Shown here piece by piece: positions 1 through 9,697 of a DNA stretch of 64,000 bases. The DNA is from Candidatus Krumholzibacteriia bacterium (GTDB lineage Bacteria; Krumholzibacteriota; Krumholzibacteriia; LZORAL124-64-63), in contig JBFXKG010000006.1 of assembly GCA_050174015.1 (NCBI GenBank), positions 96,001 through 160,000 on the forward strand, written 5' to 3'. Each line of letters starts with the position of its first letter. Within the stretch, counting starts at the first letter, position 1. A program made the translations under genes and the position numbers. Below the pieces are notes generated by a model. That model ran no database searches, had not been told where the DNA came from, and worked only from the letters and a program-made list of their open reading frames with translations.

Positions 1-187
1 CGGCGATGACGAAGAAGTCGCACACGTCCGACCGCCCGCGCAGGTCGAGGACGACCAGGTTCTCCCCCTTCTTCTCCAGCAGGTGCCACCCCGCCAGCTC
101 GGCCAGGCTGAACCCGTCCGAATCGTCGGGCATGTGGAAGGTCGCGGGCGACTCCGGGGAAGCATCGGGAATCATTTCTGGAGTCAT
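1..187 (-). CDS. rsfS: Ribosome silencing factor RsfS (Iojap), 5' part only; runs off the window
   Basis: Manual translation MTPEMIP...LLEKKGENLVVLDLRGRSDVCDFFVIA matches the RsfS N-terminal pattern; not in the ORF track. Confidence 0.8.
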   Translation of the reverse strand, partial: MTPEMIPDASPESPATFHMPDDSDGFSLAELAGWHLLEKKGENLVVLDLRGRSDVCDFFVIA

Positions 188-194
188 GACGATC

Positions 195-1199
195 CTAGTT
201 CAGTCGGTTGATGACGTACTCGACGGCGACGGCCAGCAGCTTCTTCTGGGGGCCGGAGGCCAGGGGGGCGAGGGCCAGCTTGGCCTCCTCCCCGAACTGG
301 CGGGCCTTGTCGAAGGAATAATCGACTCCGCCGAATTCGGTGACCAGTCCCCTCACCTCGGGCCAGCCCGCGGCCCGCAGGGCGGGATCCGTCTGCCGGC
401 TCAGCTCCCGGATACGGTCGCGCACCCCGTCCGGCGCGTTGGCGAGGGCCGCGATCAGGGGCAGGGTGATCCGCCCCTCCTCCCAGTCCTGGCCGGTCGG
501 CTTGCCCAGGCGGCGCTCGTCCCCCAGGTAGTCGAAGATGTCGTCCGTGATCTGGAACACCAGGCCGGTCTTGCAGCCGAAGGTGCCGAAGGCCTCCTCC
601 TCGGCCGCGAGACGCCGGTTGAACGACACGCCGATGCGGCAGCTGTTCTCGATGAGGCTGGCCGTCTTCTGGTAGATGATCTGCAGGTAGCGGTCCTCGC
701 TGATGTCCAGGTCGTACCGGTGCTCGAGCTGGAGCATCTCCGCCTCGCTCATCAGGACGGTCGTGCGGGCGAGCAGCTCGACGGCGTGGTCAAGCCCCGC
801 CTCGCAGAGGTTGTGGAGGGCCTTGGAATAGAGGAAGTCCCCCATGATCAGGGCGGCGCTGGCGCCGTACTTCTGGTTGACCGAGGGGAGCCCCCTGCGG
901 GTCAACGCCTCGTCGATGAAGTCGTCGTGGACCAGGGTCGCCGTGTGCACCAGTTCCACGCTGGCGGCCGCGGTGATGGCCTCCCGGGGGAAACCGTCCC
1001 CGTCCTGGGCGGCGAGCAGCAGCAGGGTCGGGCGGAATCGCTTGCTCTTGCCGAGATGGATGTGGTCGCAGATCTCCGTGGTCAGGGGACTGTTGCCCGA
1101 AGTGATCCGCCGGAATTCCCGATCCACCTCCGCGAGGGCCGGCGCGATGGACCGCTGCAGGGTGATCAGCTTGATCCGTTCCTTATCGACAAGTCCCAT
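195..1199 (-). CDS. ispB: Long-chain polyprenyl diphosphate synthase (IspB/HepT family)
   Basis: GKRFRP-like motif, FARM LVHDDFID..RRG, KTA, SARM FQITDDIFD, GKPTGQD; start set at MGLVDK (1199). Confidence 0.9.
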   Translation of the reverse strand: MGLVDKERIKLITLQRSIAPALAEVDREFRRITSGNSPLTTEICDHIHLGKSKRFRPTLLLLAAQDGDGFPREAITAAASVELVHTATLVHDDFIDEALTRRGLPSVNQKYGASAALIMGDFLYSKALHNLCEAGLDHAVELLARTTVLMSEAEMLQLEHRYDLDISEDRYLQIIYQKTASLIENSCRIGVSFNRRLAAEEEAFGTFGCKTGLVFQITDDIFDYLGDERRLGKPTGQDWEEGRITLPLIAALANAPDGVRDRIRELSRQTDPALRAAGWPEVRGLVTEFGGVDYSFDKARQFGEEAKLALAPLASGPQKKLLAVAVEYVINRLN

Positions 1200-1295
1200 C
1201 GAAACCTGCTCTCGACTGGAGATTCTGTGGTCGCCCCCCGGCATGGGGCGGCTGCAGGGGTCCTGGACACAAATATTCGCAAAAGAACGCCCCTG

Positions 1296-2132
1296 TCAAT
1301 CCTGTTTCCGCTTATTGCGGGTGACGGCGATGGAAACCAGCACCGATCCCAGGTAGAGGATGAGGACCGGAACGCCCATCATGACCTGGCTGATCACGTC
1401 CGGGGGCGTGAGCAGGGCGGAGGCGGTGAAGATCAGGATCACCGCCAATCGCCACCCGCGCAACAGAATGTGAGGGTTGACGATGCCGATCACGCTGAGG
1501 AAGAGCACGACCAGGGGCAACTCGAAGACCAGCCCGAAGGCCAGGCACAGCCGCGACACGAAGGCGAAATACGGCCCCACGCCGATCAGGGGCTCCATCC
1601 CGGAGGTCCCGAAACTCAGGAGGAAGCTGATGACCTGGGGAATGACCACCAGGAAGGCGAACGCCACTCCGGCATAGAAGAGAAGGGTGGTGGTCAGCAA
1701 CAGCGGCGTGACGACCTTGCGTTCCTTGGCGTAGAGTCCCGGCAGGATGAACGCATAGATCCGGAACAGGATGAACGGCAGGACCACGAAGATCCCCACC
1801 GCTGCGGAGATCTTCAGCCGCACCAGGAAGGCTTCGTTGGGCGCCGTGAAGTAGACGCCCTCGGAGGCGAGCGGCGAGATCAGCAGATCCAGCAGGCGGG
1901 CGGACACGAACCAGCAGAGGACCGTCGCCGCCATGGCCGCCAGCCCGGAATGGATCAGGACGGACCGCAGTTCGGCCAGGTGATCGAGGAAACCCATCTG
2001 GCCGTCGTCGGAGCCGGGGGGCGGAGATTCGTCCTTCGCCTCCGGTTCGGCCGGTCCGGGGGAGCCGGCCTCGGGCCGCTGGTCGAGGGGCTTCCGCTCG
2101 GGATCCCCGTTCGGCGGCGAAAGCGGGCTCAT
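1296..2132 (-). CDS. tatC: Twin-arginine translocase subunit TatC
   Basis: MGFLDHLAELR, FILPGLYAKE, FELP, TPPDVISQ; ATG at 2132 overlaps the nrdR stop. Confidence 0.95.
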   Translation of the reverse strand: MSPLSPPNGDPERKPLDQRPEAGSPGPAEPEAKDESPPPGSDDGQMGFLDHLAELRSVLIHSGLAAMAATVLCWFVSARLLDLLISPLASEGVYFTAPNEAFLVRLKISAAVGIFVVLPFILFRIYAFILPGLYAKERKVVTPLLLTTTLLFYAGVAFAFLVVIPQVISFLLSFGTSGMEPLIGVGPYFAFVSRLCLAFGLVFELPLVVLFLSVIGIVNPHILLRGWRLAVILIFTASALLTPPDVISQVMMGVPVLILYLGSVLVSIAVTRNKRKQD

Positions 2133-2605
2133 GCGTCCTCGTCCCTTGGCGGCGGAGTGTCCTTGAGGTCGCGCAGCAGCTGGAAGAACTCGTCCACGTT
2201 CTGGAAGCTGCGGTACACCGAGGCGAACCGGACGTAGGCGACCTCGTCCACCTGCCGCAATTCCTCCAGGACGTAACGGCCGATGGTCTCGCTGGGCACC
2301 TCGCGCCTGCCGGAGGCGGCGAGCTTCAGTTCGACGTGATCGACGATGATCTCGATCTCCTCGAGGGCCACCGGCCGCTTCTCGCAGGCCTTGGTCACCC
2401 CGACGATGACCTTGGCGCGGTTGTAGGCGACCCGGTCCCCGCTGCGCTTGACCACCAGGACCGGGCGCGTCTCGATGGCTTCGTAGGTGGTGAAGCGTTC
2501 GGCGCAGTGCGTGCACTCCCGCCGGCGACGGACGGCCCGGCCGTCACGTACGGCCCGGCTGTCGATCACCTTGTCGTCTTCGTGGCCGCAACGGGGACAC
2601 TTCAT
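2129..2605 (-). CDS. nrdR: Transcriptional repressor NrdR
   Basis: MKCPRC zinc ribbon, VIDSR, RRRREC..C.ERFTTYE, ATP cone, VAYVRFASVY. Confidence 0.97.
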   Translation of the reverse strand: MKCPRCGHEDDKVIDSRAVRDGRAVRRRRECTHCAERFTTYEAIETRPVLVVKRSGDRVAYNRAKVIVGVTKACEKRPVALEEIEIIVDHVELKLAASGRREVPSETIGRYVLEELRQVDEVAYVRFASVYRSFQNVDEFFQLLRDLKDTPPPRDEDA

Positions 2606-2621
2606 GCCCGACCTCCCCGCC

Positions 2622-3869
2622 TCAGGCCAGGTCCGGATACAGGGGGAACGCGCGGCAGAGTTCCTCGCTTTCGCCCCGGAGGGCCGCCAGGGCGGCCTCG
2701 TCGTTCCGGGCGTCCACGGCCCGGTCCATGATGGAGGCGATCCGCTTCATCTGCTCGACCCCCATGCCCCGCGAGGTCAGGGCGGGCGTGCCGATGCGGA
2801 TCCCGCTGGTGACGAACGGGGATTCCTGGTCGAACGGCACCGTGTTCTTGTTGACGGTGATCCCCACGTGCTCGAGCAGGGACTCCATGTCCTGCCCGGT
2901 CAGTCCCTTGCTGGTGAGATTGACCAGCAGCAGATGGTTGTCGGTCCCCCCGCTGACCAGGCGGAACCCGCGTTCCAGCAGGCTCCCGGCCAGGGCGGCG
3001 GCGTTCTCGACCGTCCTGCGGGCATACAGCTTGAACTCGTCCTGCATGCACTCGTGGAAGCAGACGGCCTTGGCGGCGATCACGTGCATCAGGGGACCGC
3101 CCTGCACGCCGGGGAAGTTCGTCTTCTGGATCGCCTTGAAGTGCTCCTGCGTGCTCAGGATCAACCCCCCGCGGGGGCCGCGCAGGGTCTTGTGCGTGGT
3201 GGAGGTCACGACGTCGCAATGGGGCACCGGGCTGGGATGGACGCCCCCGGCCACCAGACCGGCGATGTGGGCCATGTCGAACAGGAGGATCGCTCCGACC
3301 TCGTCGGCGATGCTGCGCAGCTTCGCGAAGTCCCAGAACCGGGGATAGGCGCTCGCTCCGCCGACGATCATCTTCGGGCCCTCCGCCTTCGCCTGATCGC
3401 GCAGACGATCGTAGTCGATGGTCTCGGTGGTCCGGTCCACCTCGTAGTGGACGGCCTCGAACAGGGAGCCGGAGAAGTTCACCGGATGGCCGTGCGTCAG
3501 GTGCCCCCCGTGCGAAAGGCTCAGGCCCAGGATCCTGTCGCCCGGCTTCAGGAACGCGAGGTAGGCCGTCAGGTTGGCCGTGGACCCGCTGTGGGGCTGG
3601 ACGTTGGCGCGCTCGGCCCCGAACAGTTCGGTGGCCCGCCGCTTGGCCAGGGTCTCGGCGGTGTCGACGTGGGAGCAGCCGCCGTAATAGCGTTTGCCGG
3701 GGTAGCCCTCGGCATACTTGTTGGTCAGCGTGGAGCCCATGGCCTCCATGACCGCCCGGCTGGTGAAGTTCTCGCTCGCGATCATCTCCAGCTGGTTGCG
3801 CTGCCGGGCCAGTTCCAGGTCCAGGACCTCGGCGATCTCCGGATCGATCCTGCGGACTTCGTCGTACAT
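2622..3869 (-). CDS. glyA: Serine hydroxymethyltransferase
   Basis: [41 protein letters not shown]. Confidence 0.98.
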   Translation of the reverse strand: MYDEVRRIDPEIAEVLDLELARQRNQLEMIASENFTSRAVMEAMGSTLTNKYAEGYPGKRYYGGCSHVDTAETLAKRRATELFGAERANVQPHSGSTANLTAYLAFLKPGDRILGLSLSHGGHLTHGHPVNFSGSLFEAVHYEVDRTTETIDYDRLRDQAKAEGPKMIVGGASAYPRFWDFAKLRSIADEVGAILLFDMAHIAGLVAGGVHPSPVPHCDVVTSTTHKTLRGPRGGLILSTQEHFKAIQKTNFPGVQGGPLMHVIAAKAVCFHECMQDEFKLYARRTVENAAALAGSLLERGFRLVSGGTDNHLLLVNLTSKGLTGQDMESLLEHVGITVNKNTVPFDQESPFVTSGIRIGTPALTSRGMGVEQMKRIASIMDRAVDARNDEAALAALRGESEELCRAFPLYPDLA

Positions 3870-3879
3870 GGCGCCGCTC

Positions 3880-4329
3880 CTATCTGAGGTGTTCCGCTTC
3901 GTAAGCCGTGATCTTGTCCACCCGGCGGGCGTGGCGCCCGCCTGCGAATTCCGTTTCCAGATACGCGTCCGCGATCGCCGCCGCGTCGCGCGGCTCCAGG
4001 GCGTCCCCGCTCAGGCAAAGCACGTTGCTGTCGTTGTGAAGGCGGGTGGTCCGAGCCTGGTCGGGGGTGAAGCAGAGGGACGCCCGCACGCCCTTGACCT
4101 TGTTGGCGGCGATGCTCATGCCGATCCCCGAACCGCAGATCAGGATCCCCGCCTGGGCCCGGCCCGATGCCACCATCGCGGCGACATCGAGAGCCGCGTC
4201 GGGGTAGTCCGCCGGGTCGGGGCCCGGACAGCCGCAATCCGCGACCTCCACCCCCCTGCCTGCCAGATGGGCGGCCAGCGTGCTCTTGTGGGCGAATCCA
4301 CGATGGTCCGAGCCGACGGCGATGATCAT
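3880..4329 (-). CDS. rpiB: Ribose-5-phosphate isomerase B
   Basis: [41 protein letters not shown]. Confidence 0.95.
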   Translation of the reverse strand: MIIAVGSDHRGFAHKSTLAAHLAGRGVEVADCGCPGPDPADYPDAALDVAAMVASGRAQAGILICGSGIGMSIAANKVKGVRASLCFTPDQARTTRLHNDSNVLCLSGDALEPRDAAAIADAYLETEFAGGRHARRVDKITAYEAEHLR

Positions 4330-4826
4330 TCCCAGTCTCCCGCTTGCGTGGACAGATTCCTGAAGACGGGCTCCCAGCCGGCCAGCAGGCGCTGGATCTG
4401 GGTGCCGCAACGATCGTAGTCCTCGAAGGCGCCGCCGTAGGGGTCGGCCACCTCCTCCATGTCCGGCGAATGCCCCAGCCCCGTCAGATCGAGTCCCGGT
4501 GCTCCCAGGACTCCCACGAAACCGGAGTACCCGTTCCCCCAGGAGCTGCGGAACATGGCCGCATGGGACCGGGTCATGCCGATGACCCAGAGCCCTCCCG
4601 CAAGGCCGGCCGGAGTCACCGGCCTGGACCTGTGGCATCCCAGATCGACGCCCAGACCGGCGGCGAACCTCCGCGAACCCTCCGATGCGGGATAGCCTTC
4701 CGGCGCCGCCAGTCCCAGGGAGGCGAAGTTCAATCCCGCATCCGGGAACATCCAGCGGGCCAGCCCCTCCGCCAGGGGGCTGCGGCAGATGTTGCCCGTG
4801 CACAGGAAGATGACGAGCCTGGACAT
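4326..4826 (-). CDS. Low-molecular-weight protein phosphatase (LMW-PTP/YwlE family)
   Basis: P-loop FLCTGNICRSPLAE and DPYGG; start MSRLV at 4826. Confidence 0.9.
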   Translation of the reverse strand: MSRLVIFLCTGNICRSPLAEGLARWMFPDAGLNFASLGLAAPEGYPASEGSRRFAAGLGVDLGCHRSRPVTPAGLAGGLWVIGMTRSHAAMFRSSWGNGYSGFVGVLGAPGLDLTGLGHSPDMEEVADPYGGAFEDYDRCGTQIQRLLAGWEPVFRNLSTQAGDWE

Positions 4827-4878
4827 GGTCCTCCCGGGAAACCGGTCGGGAATCGCGCCTCTCATCGCCGGAAAACCA

Positions 4879-4907
4879 AAACTAGGCGGCCCCGAAGTGG
4901 CCGTCAA
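4879..4907 (-). promoter_or_regulatory. Putative sigma70 promoter TTGACG-N17-TAGTTT for phosphatase-rpiB-glyA
   Basis: Near-consensus hexamers, 17-bp spacer; the -35 contains the tsaC stop codon. Confidence 0.5.
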
Positions 4908-5521
4908 GAGGCGTCGGGATCCACCAGGGGCAGCGGCCCCGGCCCCTCGCGCAGGACCTGCGGCGGCCAGACGGTCGCATCCACCAGGGCGCTGGGCGCG
5001 GTCCCCGGATCGGACTCCTGCCCCGGATCCGGAGCCCACGCGCCGTCCACCCCATCCCCCATCTCGGCGAGGGCCTCGCGGACGGTCCGGCAAGGAGGCC
5101 GGCCGGTCAGGTTGGCGCTGGTGGAAACGAGCGCGCCGCCTGCGGCCTCGATCAAGCGGCGCAGTTCCGCGCATGCGGGCACGCGGACCGCGAGGGTGCC
5201 GTCGGGCCCGCGGACCCCGGCCGCCAGCCCCGGCCGGCCGGGCAGGATGAGGGAATAGGGTCCCGGCCAGCAACGGCGGCAGAGCGAAGCGACCCGGTCG
5301 TCCAGGTCCTCCACCAGGGCGAAGGCCATCTCGAGGGAACCCGCCAGGACCAGCGCGGGTTTCCCCTCGGGCCGTCCCTTCATCCGGAAGATGCGTTCCA
5401 CGGCGGCGGGATCGTCGGCGCGCCCGTGCAGGCCCGGCAAGGTGTCGGTCTGGAGGATGTAGACCCCGCCGGCGGCCAGACCCGCAGCCGTCTCCGCGAA
5501 ATCCCCGCGAGTCGGGTCCAC
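4904..5521 (-). CDS. tsaC: L-threonylcarbamoyladenylate synthase (TsaC/YrdC/Sua5 family)
   Basis: TDTLPGL (variant of TETVYGL), KGRP..KP, WPGP, AVRVP, STSAN, PSALVD. Confidence 0.88.
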   Translation of the reverse strand: MDPTRGDFAETAAGLAAGGVYILQTDTLPGLHGRADDPAAVERIFRMKGRPEGKPALVLAGSLEMAFALVEDLDDRVASLCRRCWPGPYSLILPGRPGLAAGVRGPDGTLAVRVPACAELRRLIEAAGGALVSTSANLTGRPPCRTVREALAEMGDGVDGAWAPDPGQESDPGTAPSALVDATVWPPQVLREGPGPLPLVDPDAS

Positions 5522-5522
5522 C

Positions 5523-6011
5523 TCAGCTCCCGCCCCGCGCCAGTTCCCGCCGGTAGTCCGCGACGGCCGCGGCCACCCCCGAATCCTTCAGGGCGATCAT
5601 GCGGGCCGCCAGGCAGGCCGCGTTGCGGGCGCCCGCGCTTCCCACCGCGACCGTCGCCACCGGGACTCCCGGGGGCATCTGCACGATGGACAGCAGGGCG
5701 TCGACCCCCGCCAGGGGGCCGCTCGCCACGGGCACTCCGATCACCGGGCGCCCGGTCAGCGAAGCCACCACGCCCGGCAGGTGGGCGGCCATGCCGGCCA
5801 GGGCGATGAAGACCTCGGTCCCGCCCTTGTCGGCCCGCGCCACGATGCGCCGCAGCTTGTCGTGCTGGCGATGGGCGGAGGCGACCTGGACCTCGTAGGT
5901 CAGGCCGAAGCGATCGAGCAGGGGCAGCATCTTCTCGATCACCGGCAGGTCGCTGGCGCTCCCGAGCAGGACCATGACCCGCGGTGCGGGGGCGGTCTTT
6001 CCGGCAGGCAT
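5523..6011 (-). CDS. purE: N5-CAIR mutase PurE
   Basis: GSASD, VASAHR, AGMAAHLPG, VIGVP, SIVQMPPGVPVATV. Confidence 0.97.
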   Translation of the reverse strand: MPAGKTAPAPRVMVLLGSASDLPVIEKMLPLLDRFGLTYEVQVASAHRQHDKLRRIVARADKGGTEVFIALAGMAAHLPGVVASLTGRPVIGVPVASGPLAGVDALLSIVQMPPGVPVATVAVGSAGARNAACLAARMIALKDSGVAAAVADYRRELARGGS

Positions 6012-7334
6012 CTAATCCCCTTCCCCTGATCCGGCGATGTCGCGCCGGAAGGTCAAACCCTCGAAGTGGACCTGATCCAGCAGGCCGTAGGCCGCATTGC
6101 GCGCGTCCCGGAGACTCATCCCCGAGCCGACCGCTCCGAGCACGCGGCCCCCGGACGTGACCAGGCGGCCGCCCTCCAGGGAGGTGCCGGCATGGACGAG
6201 CCACCGGTCGGCGTGCTCGCCGTCCGGAAGGTCGATGGGGCGGCCCTTGACGTAGCGGCCCGGATACCCGTCGCTGGCTGCGACCACCACCACCGAATGA
6301 CGCAGCCAGGTGGTCAACCCGGCGCCCGTCCAGTCCTGCGGCTGGAGTTCCTCCACCTCGTGCAGGCCCTGCAGGAAGTTGCCCAGGTTGCCGTTGGCAG
6401 TGGTCCAGCAGAGGTCCAGGAAGTCCCCCTTGAGCAGGGGCAGCACGACCTGGGTCTCCGGATCGCCGAACCGGCAGTTGAACTCCAGGACCTGGGGGCC
6501 GTCCTCGGTCAGCATCAGCCCGGCGTACAGGACGCCGCGGTAGGGGATGTCGCGGCGCCGGAGCTCCGCCAGCACCGGCAGGACGATCCGGCCGTCGATC
6601 TCGGCATAGAGGTGCGGGGGCAGCCGGACGGGCGCGAAGGCCCCCATCCCTCCGGTATTGGGACCCATGTCCTTCTCGCCGATCCGCTTGTAGTCACGGC
6701 TGGGAGCGAGCAGGCAGTAGTCCTGGCCGTCGGTCACGATGAGGACGGACAATTCGGGACCGAAGAGGCATTCCTCCATGAGGATGCGCAGGCCCGAGCC
6801 GCCGAACACCTGCTCGTCCAGGCATTTCCTGATGTGCGCTTCGGCCTCCTCCCGGGTCGAGCACACCGCCACGCCCTTGCCCTGGGCCGCGCCGCAGGCC
6901 TTGATGACCACCGGCAGATCGATCTTGTCCAGGTGCTTCAGGGCCGCGTCGGTGCTGCTGAAGGCGTGGAAACGGGGGGTGGGGACCCCGGCGGAGGCCA
7001 GCACCTCCTTGGCGAATTCCTTGTCTCCCTCGAGCCTGGCGCCCATGGCCCCCGGCCCGAAGACCGCGATGCCGTCGCGCCGCAGCCGGTCGGCGAGACC
7101 GGCGATGAGGGGGTCCTCCGGTCCGATGATGACCAGCTGGATCTCCTCCTCCAGGCAGAAGCGCGCCACGTCGCCGCCACGGTGGGGATCCAGGGGCACG
7201 TTCGCGGCCAGCCCGGCCGTCCCGGGGTTGCCGGGGGCTGCGAAGATGACCGGGTCGAGGTCCGAAGCGGCCAGCTGGCGCACGATCGCGTGTTCGCGCC
7301 CCCCTGAACCGATGACGAGAACCTTCATGGGCAT
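6012..7334 (-). CDS. purD: Phosphoribosylamine-glycine ligase
   Basis: VLVIGSGGREHA, PGNPG, GKGV, GPNTGGMGA, EFNCRFGDPETQ, TSGGRVL. Confidence 0.97.
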   Translation of the reverse strand: MPMKVLVIGSGGREHAIVRQLAASDLDPVIFAAPGNPGTAGLAANVPLDPHRGGDVARFCLEEEIQLVIIGPEDPLIAGLADRLRRDGIAVFGPGAMGARLEGDKEFAKEVLASAGVPTPRFHAFSSTDAALKHLDKIDLPVVIKACGAAQGKGVAVCSTREEAEAHIRKCLDEQVFGGSGLRILMEECLFGPELSVLIVTDGQDYCLLAPSRDYKRIGEKDMGPNTGGMGAFAPVRLPPHLYAEIDGRIVLPVLAELRRRDIPYRGVLYAGLMLTEDGPQVLEFNCRFGDPETQVVLPLLKGDFLDLCWTTANGNLGNFLQGLHEVEELQPQDWTGAGLTTWLRHSVVVVAASDGYPGRYVKGRPIDLPDGEHADRWLVHAGTSLEGGRLVTSGGRVLGAVGSGMSLRDARNAAYGLLDQVHFEGLTFRRDIAGSGEGD

Positions 7335-7351
7335 GCGGCACTCCTTGGAAT

Positions 7352-7412
7352 CGAGGCCGGCCGGGAGCCGGCCGGCCTCGGGATACTACGCGGTCCGCAG
7401 GGCGGGGATCAA
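7352..7412 (-). promoter_or_regulatory. Putative sigma70 promoter (TTGATC-N18-TAGTAT) followed by a perfect 13-bp hairpin in the purD leader
   Basis: -35 at 7407-7412, -10 at 7383-7388; CGAGGCCGGCCGG-GAG-CCGGCCGGCCTCG at 7352-7380. Confidence 0.45.
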
Positions 7413-7418
7413 CGGGAA

Positions 7419-8393
7419 TCAGGCCGGCACGATGCGGGTGCCGGCCCGGCCTTCCACGGCAGCCAGCAGGAATTCGGGAGAGGTGATGACGACCTCGGCC
7501 CCGCCCCCGGCCAGGAAGGACAGGGCGGCCTCGATCTTCGGACCCATGCTCCCGGCGGGGAACTCCCCGGCGGCGAGCATGGCGGCCGCGCGATCGGTCT
7601 TCAACACGTCGAGGGCCTCCTGGTCCTCGTGTCCGAAGCGGGCGAACACCTTGTCGACCTGGGTGATGATGACCAGGACGTCCGCGCCGATGAGCCGGCC
7701 CAAGAGATCGCTCGCCCGGTCCTTGTCGATCACGGCATCCACCCCGTGCAGGCGCCCGGCCTCGTCGCGCCGGACGGGAACCCCCCCGCCGCCGGTGGCG
7801 ATGGTCAGGACTCCGGCGCCGACCAGGGTCTTGATGGCCTCCCACTCGACCACTTCCCTGGGCATCGGGCTGGGCACGACCCGCCGCCAGCCGCGGCCGG
7901 CGTCCTTGACCACGGTCCAGCCGTTCTCCTGTTCCAGCGCCTTGGCCTGGACCTCGTCGTAGAAGGGGCCGATCGGCTTGCTCGGCCGGGCGAAGGCGGG
8001 GTCCTCCTCGTCGACCAGCACCTGCGTGACCACGGTGGCCACCGGCAGGTCCATGCCGTGGTCGAGCAGGGCGTTGTGCAGGGCCTGCTGGAGCATGAAG
8101 CCCAGTCCGCCCTGGCTGTCGGCGCCGGCGACGAACATGGGCATCGGCGGGATGCCGTGGAGGGCCTGCCCGGCGTCGTTGCGCAGCACGATGTTGCCGA
8201 CGACCGGGCCGTTGCCGTGGGTCATGACGATCTGATGGCCCGCCTTGGCCAGCCGGGCGACCTGGTCCATGGTCGCCCGGGTGATGGCCAGCTGCTCCTC
8301 GTAGGTCCCTTTCTGTCCGACGGGAATGATGGCGTTGCCCCCCAGCGCGATCACGAAGCGCCGGTGGGCGGCCTGGGACCCGGCCGTGGTCAT
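7419..8393 (-). CDS. arcC: Carbamate kinase
   Basis: VIALGGNA, THGNGPVVG, KPIGPFY, RRVVPSP, GGGGVPV, AVIDKD, GSMGPKI; start MTTAG at 8393. Confidence 0.95.
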   Translation of the reverse strand: MTTAGSQAAHRRFVIALGGNAIIPVGQKGTYEEQLAITRATMDQVARLAKAGHQIVMTHGNGPVVGNIVLRNDAGQALHGIPPMPMFVAGADSQGGLGFMLQQALHNALLDHGMDLPVATVVTQVLVDEEDPAFARPSKPIGPFYDEVQAKALEQENGWTVVKDAGRGWRRVVPSPMPREVVEWEAIKTLVGAGVLTIATGGGGVPVRRDEAGRLHGVDAVIDKDRASDLLGRLIGADVLVIITQVDKVFARFGHEDQEALDVLKTDRAAAMLAAGEFPAGSMGPKIEAALSFLAGGGAEVVITSPEFLLAAVEGRAGTRIVPA

Positions 8394-9556
8394 GAGCGGA
8401 CCGCCGCCGCGAAGTCCGCGAACCTCTCCAGCGCCTTGCGGATGTTGGCCTGGCTGTTGGCGTAGCTGAACCGCAGATAGCCCTCGCCGAAGGCGCCGAA
8501 CGAGGTTCCGGCCAGGGCGGCCACGCCGAACTCGTTCAGCAGGCGCTGCTCCACCTGCTTGCTGGTCAGGCCCAGGGCGGACACGTTGGGGAACACGTAG
8601 AAGGCGCCGCGGGGCCGCTTGCAGGTGATGCCGTCGATGGCGTTCAGACCATCGACCAGCAGGTCGCGGCGCACCTTGAATTCGGCCACCATGGCCCGGG
8701 CGGCGTCCTGGGGCCCGGTCAGCGCCTCGGCGCCGGCGAGCTGGGTGAAGGCGGCCGTGCAGCTGGTGCAGTTCGTCTGGAGCTTGGCGACCGCTGCGGC
8801 CAGGGGAGCGGGCATGATGCCGTAGCCCAGGCGCCAGCCCGTCATGGCGTAGGTCTTCGAATGGCCGTCGAGGATGATGGTCCGCTCGAGCATGCCGGGG
8901 CGCGTGCTGATGGACTCGTGGGTCCCTTCGTAGATGATCTTGCTGTAGATCTCGTCGCTCAGCACCCAGAAATCGAACTTCACGGCCAGCTCGGCGATGG
9001 CGTCGAGGTCGGCGGCGCTCAGCACCCCGCCGGTGGGGTTCTGGGGACTGTTGAGGATCAGCAGCCTGGTCTTCTCGTTGGCCAGCGCCTTGAGGTCCTC
9101 GATGTCGAAGCTGAAGTCCTTCTCCTCGGCGAGCTTCAGAGGCACGGGCTTCGCGTCGAGGAACTTGATCACCGATTCGTAGATGGGGAACCCGGGATTC
9201 GGGTAGATCACCTCGTCCCCCGGATCGACCAGCGCGGTCAGGGGGAAGTAGATGATGGGCTTGCCGCCGGGCACGATGACCACGTTGTCCGGCCCGACGT
9301 CGATGCCGCGATCCCCGGCGATGTACTCCGCGAAGACCTTGCGGACTTCCGGCAATCCGGCCGAGGGGCCGTAATGCGTGAAGCCGTTCTGGAGCGCCCA
9401 GACGGCCTTGTCGATGATGTTCCGGGGGGTGTCGAAATCCGGTTCGCCGATCTCCAGGTGGACGATGTCCCGCCCCTCGGCTTCGAGGGCCTTGGCCCTG
9501 GCCAGGACCTCGAATGCAGTCTCGGTGCCCAGGTTCTGCATACGCTTGGCGAGCAT
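8390..9556 (-). CDS. PLP-dependent class I aminotransferase (AspC-like)
   Basis: LEIGEPDF, NSPQNPTGG, SDEIY, SKTYAMTGWRLG; AGGGAG RBS before MTMLAK. Confidence 0.93.
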   Translation of the reverse strand: MLAKRMQNLGTETAFEVLARAKALEAEGRDIVHLEIGEPDFDTPRNIIDKAVWALQNGFTHYGPSAGLPEVRKVFAEYIAGDRGIDVGPDNVVIVPGGKPIIYFPLTALVDPGDEVIYPNPGFPIYESVIKFLDAKPVPLKLAEEKDFSFDIEDLKALANEKTRLLILNSPQNPTGGVLSAADLDAIAELAVKFDFWVLSDEIYSKIIYEGTHESISTRPGMLERTIILDGHSKTYAMTGWRLGYGIMPAPLAAAVAKLQTNCTSCTAAFTQLAGAEALTGPQDAARAMVAEFKVRRDLLVDGLNAIDGITCKRPRGAFYVFPNVSALGLTSKQVEQRLLNEFGVAALAGTSFGAFGEGYLRFSYANSQANIRKALERFADFAAAVRS

Positions 9557-9663
9557 GGTCATCTCCCTTGGTTGGCAAACCCCATCCGGCAGGATGGCGC
9601 GAAGGGCCGTGCGCCCCGCGAAAACAGCCGGAATCCGCCGCAAAGCCGTGCTGCAACAGGACA

Positions 9664-9692
9664 AACCTAGGAGGATGGAGAGGGCAAGTCAA
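9664..9692 (-). promoter_or_regulatory. Putative sigma70 promoter TTGACT-N17-TAGGTT
   Basis: Intergenic, upstream of the aminotransferase-arcC genes. Confidence 0.5.
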
Positions 9693-9697
9693 CCGGA

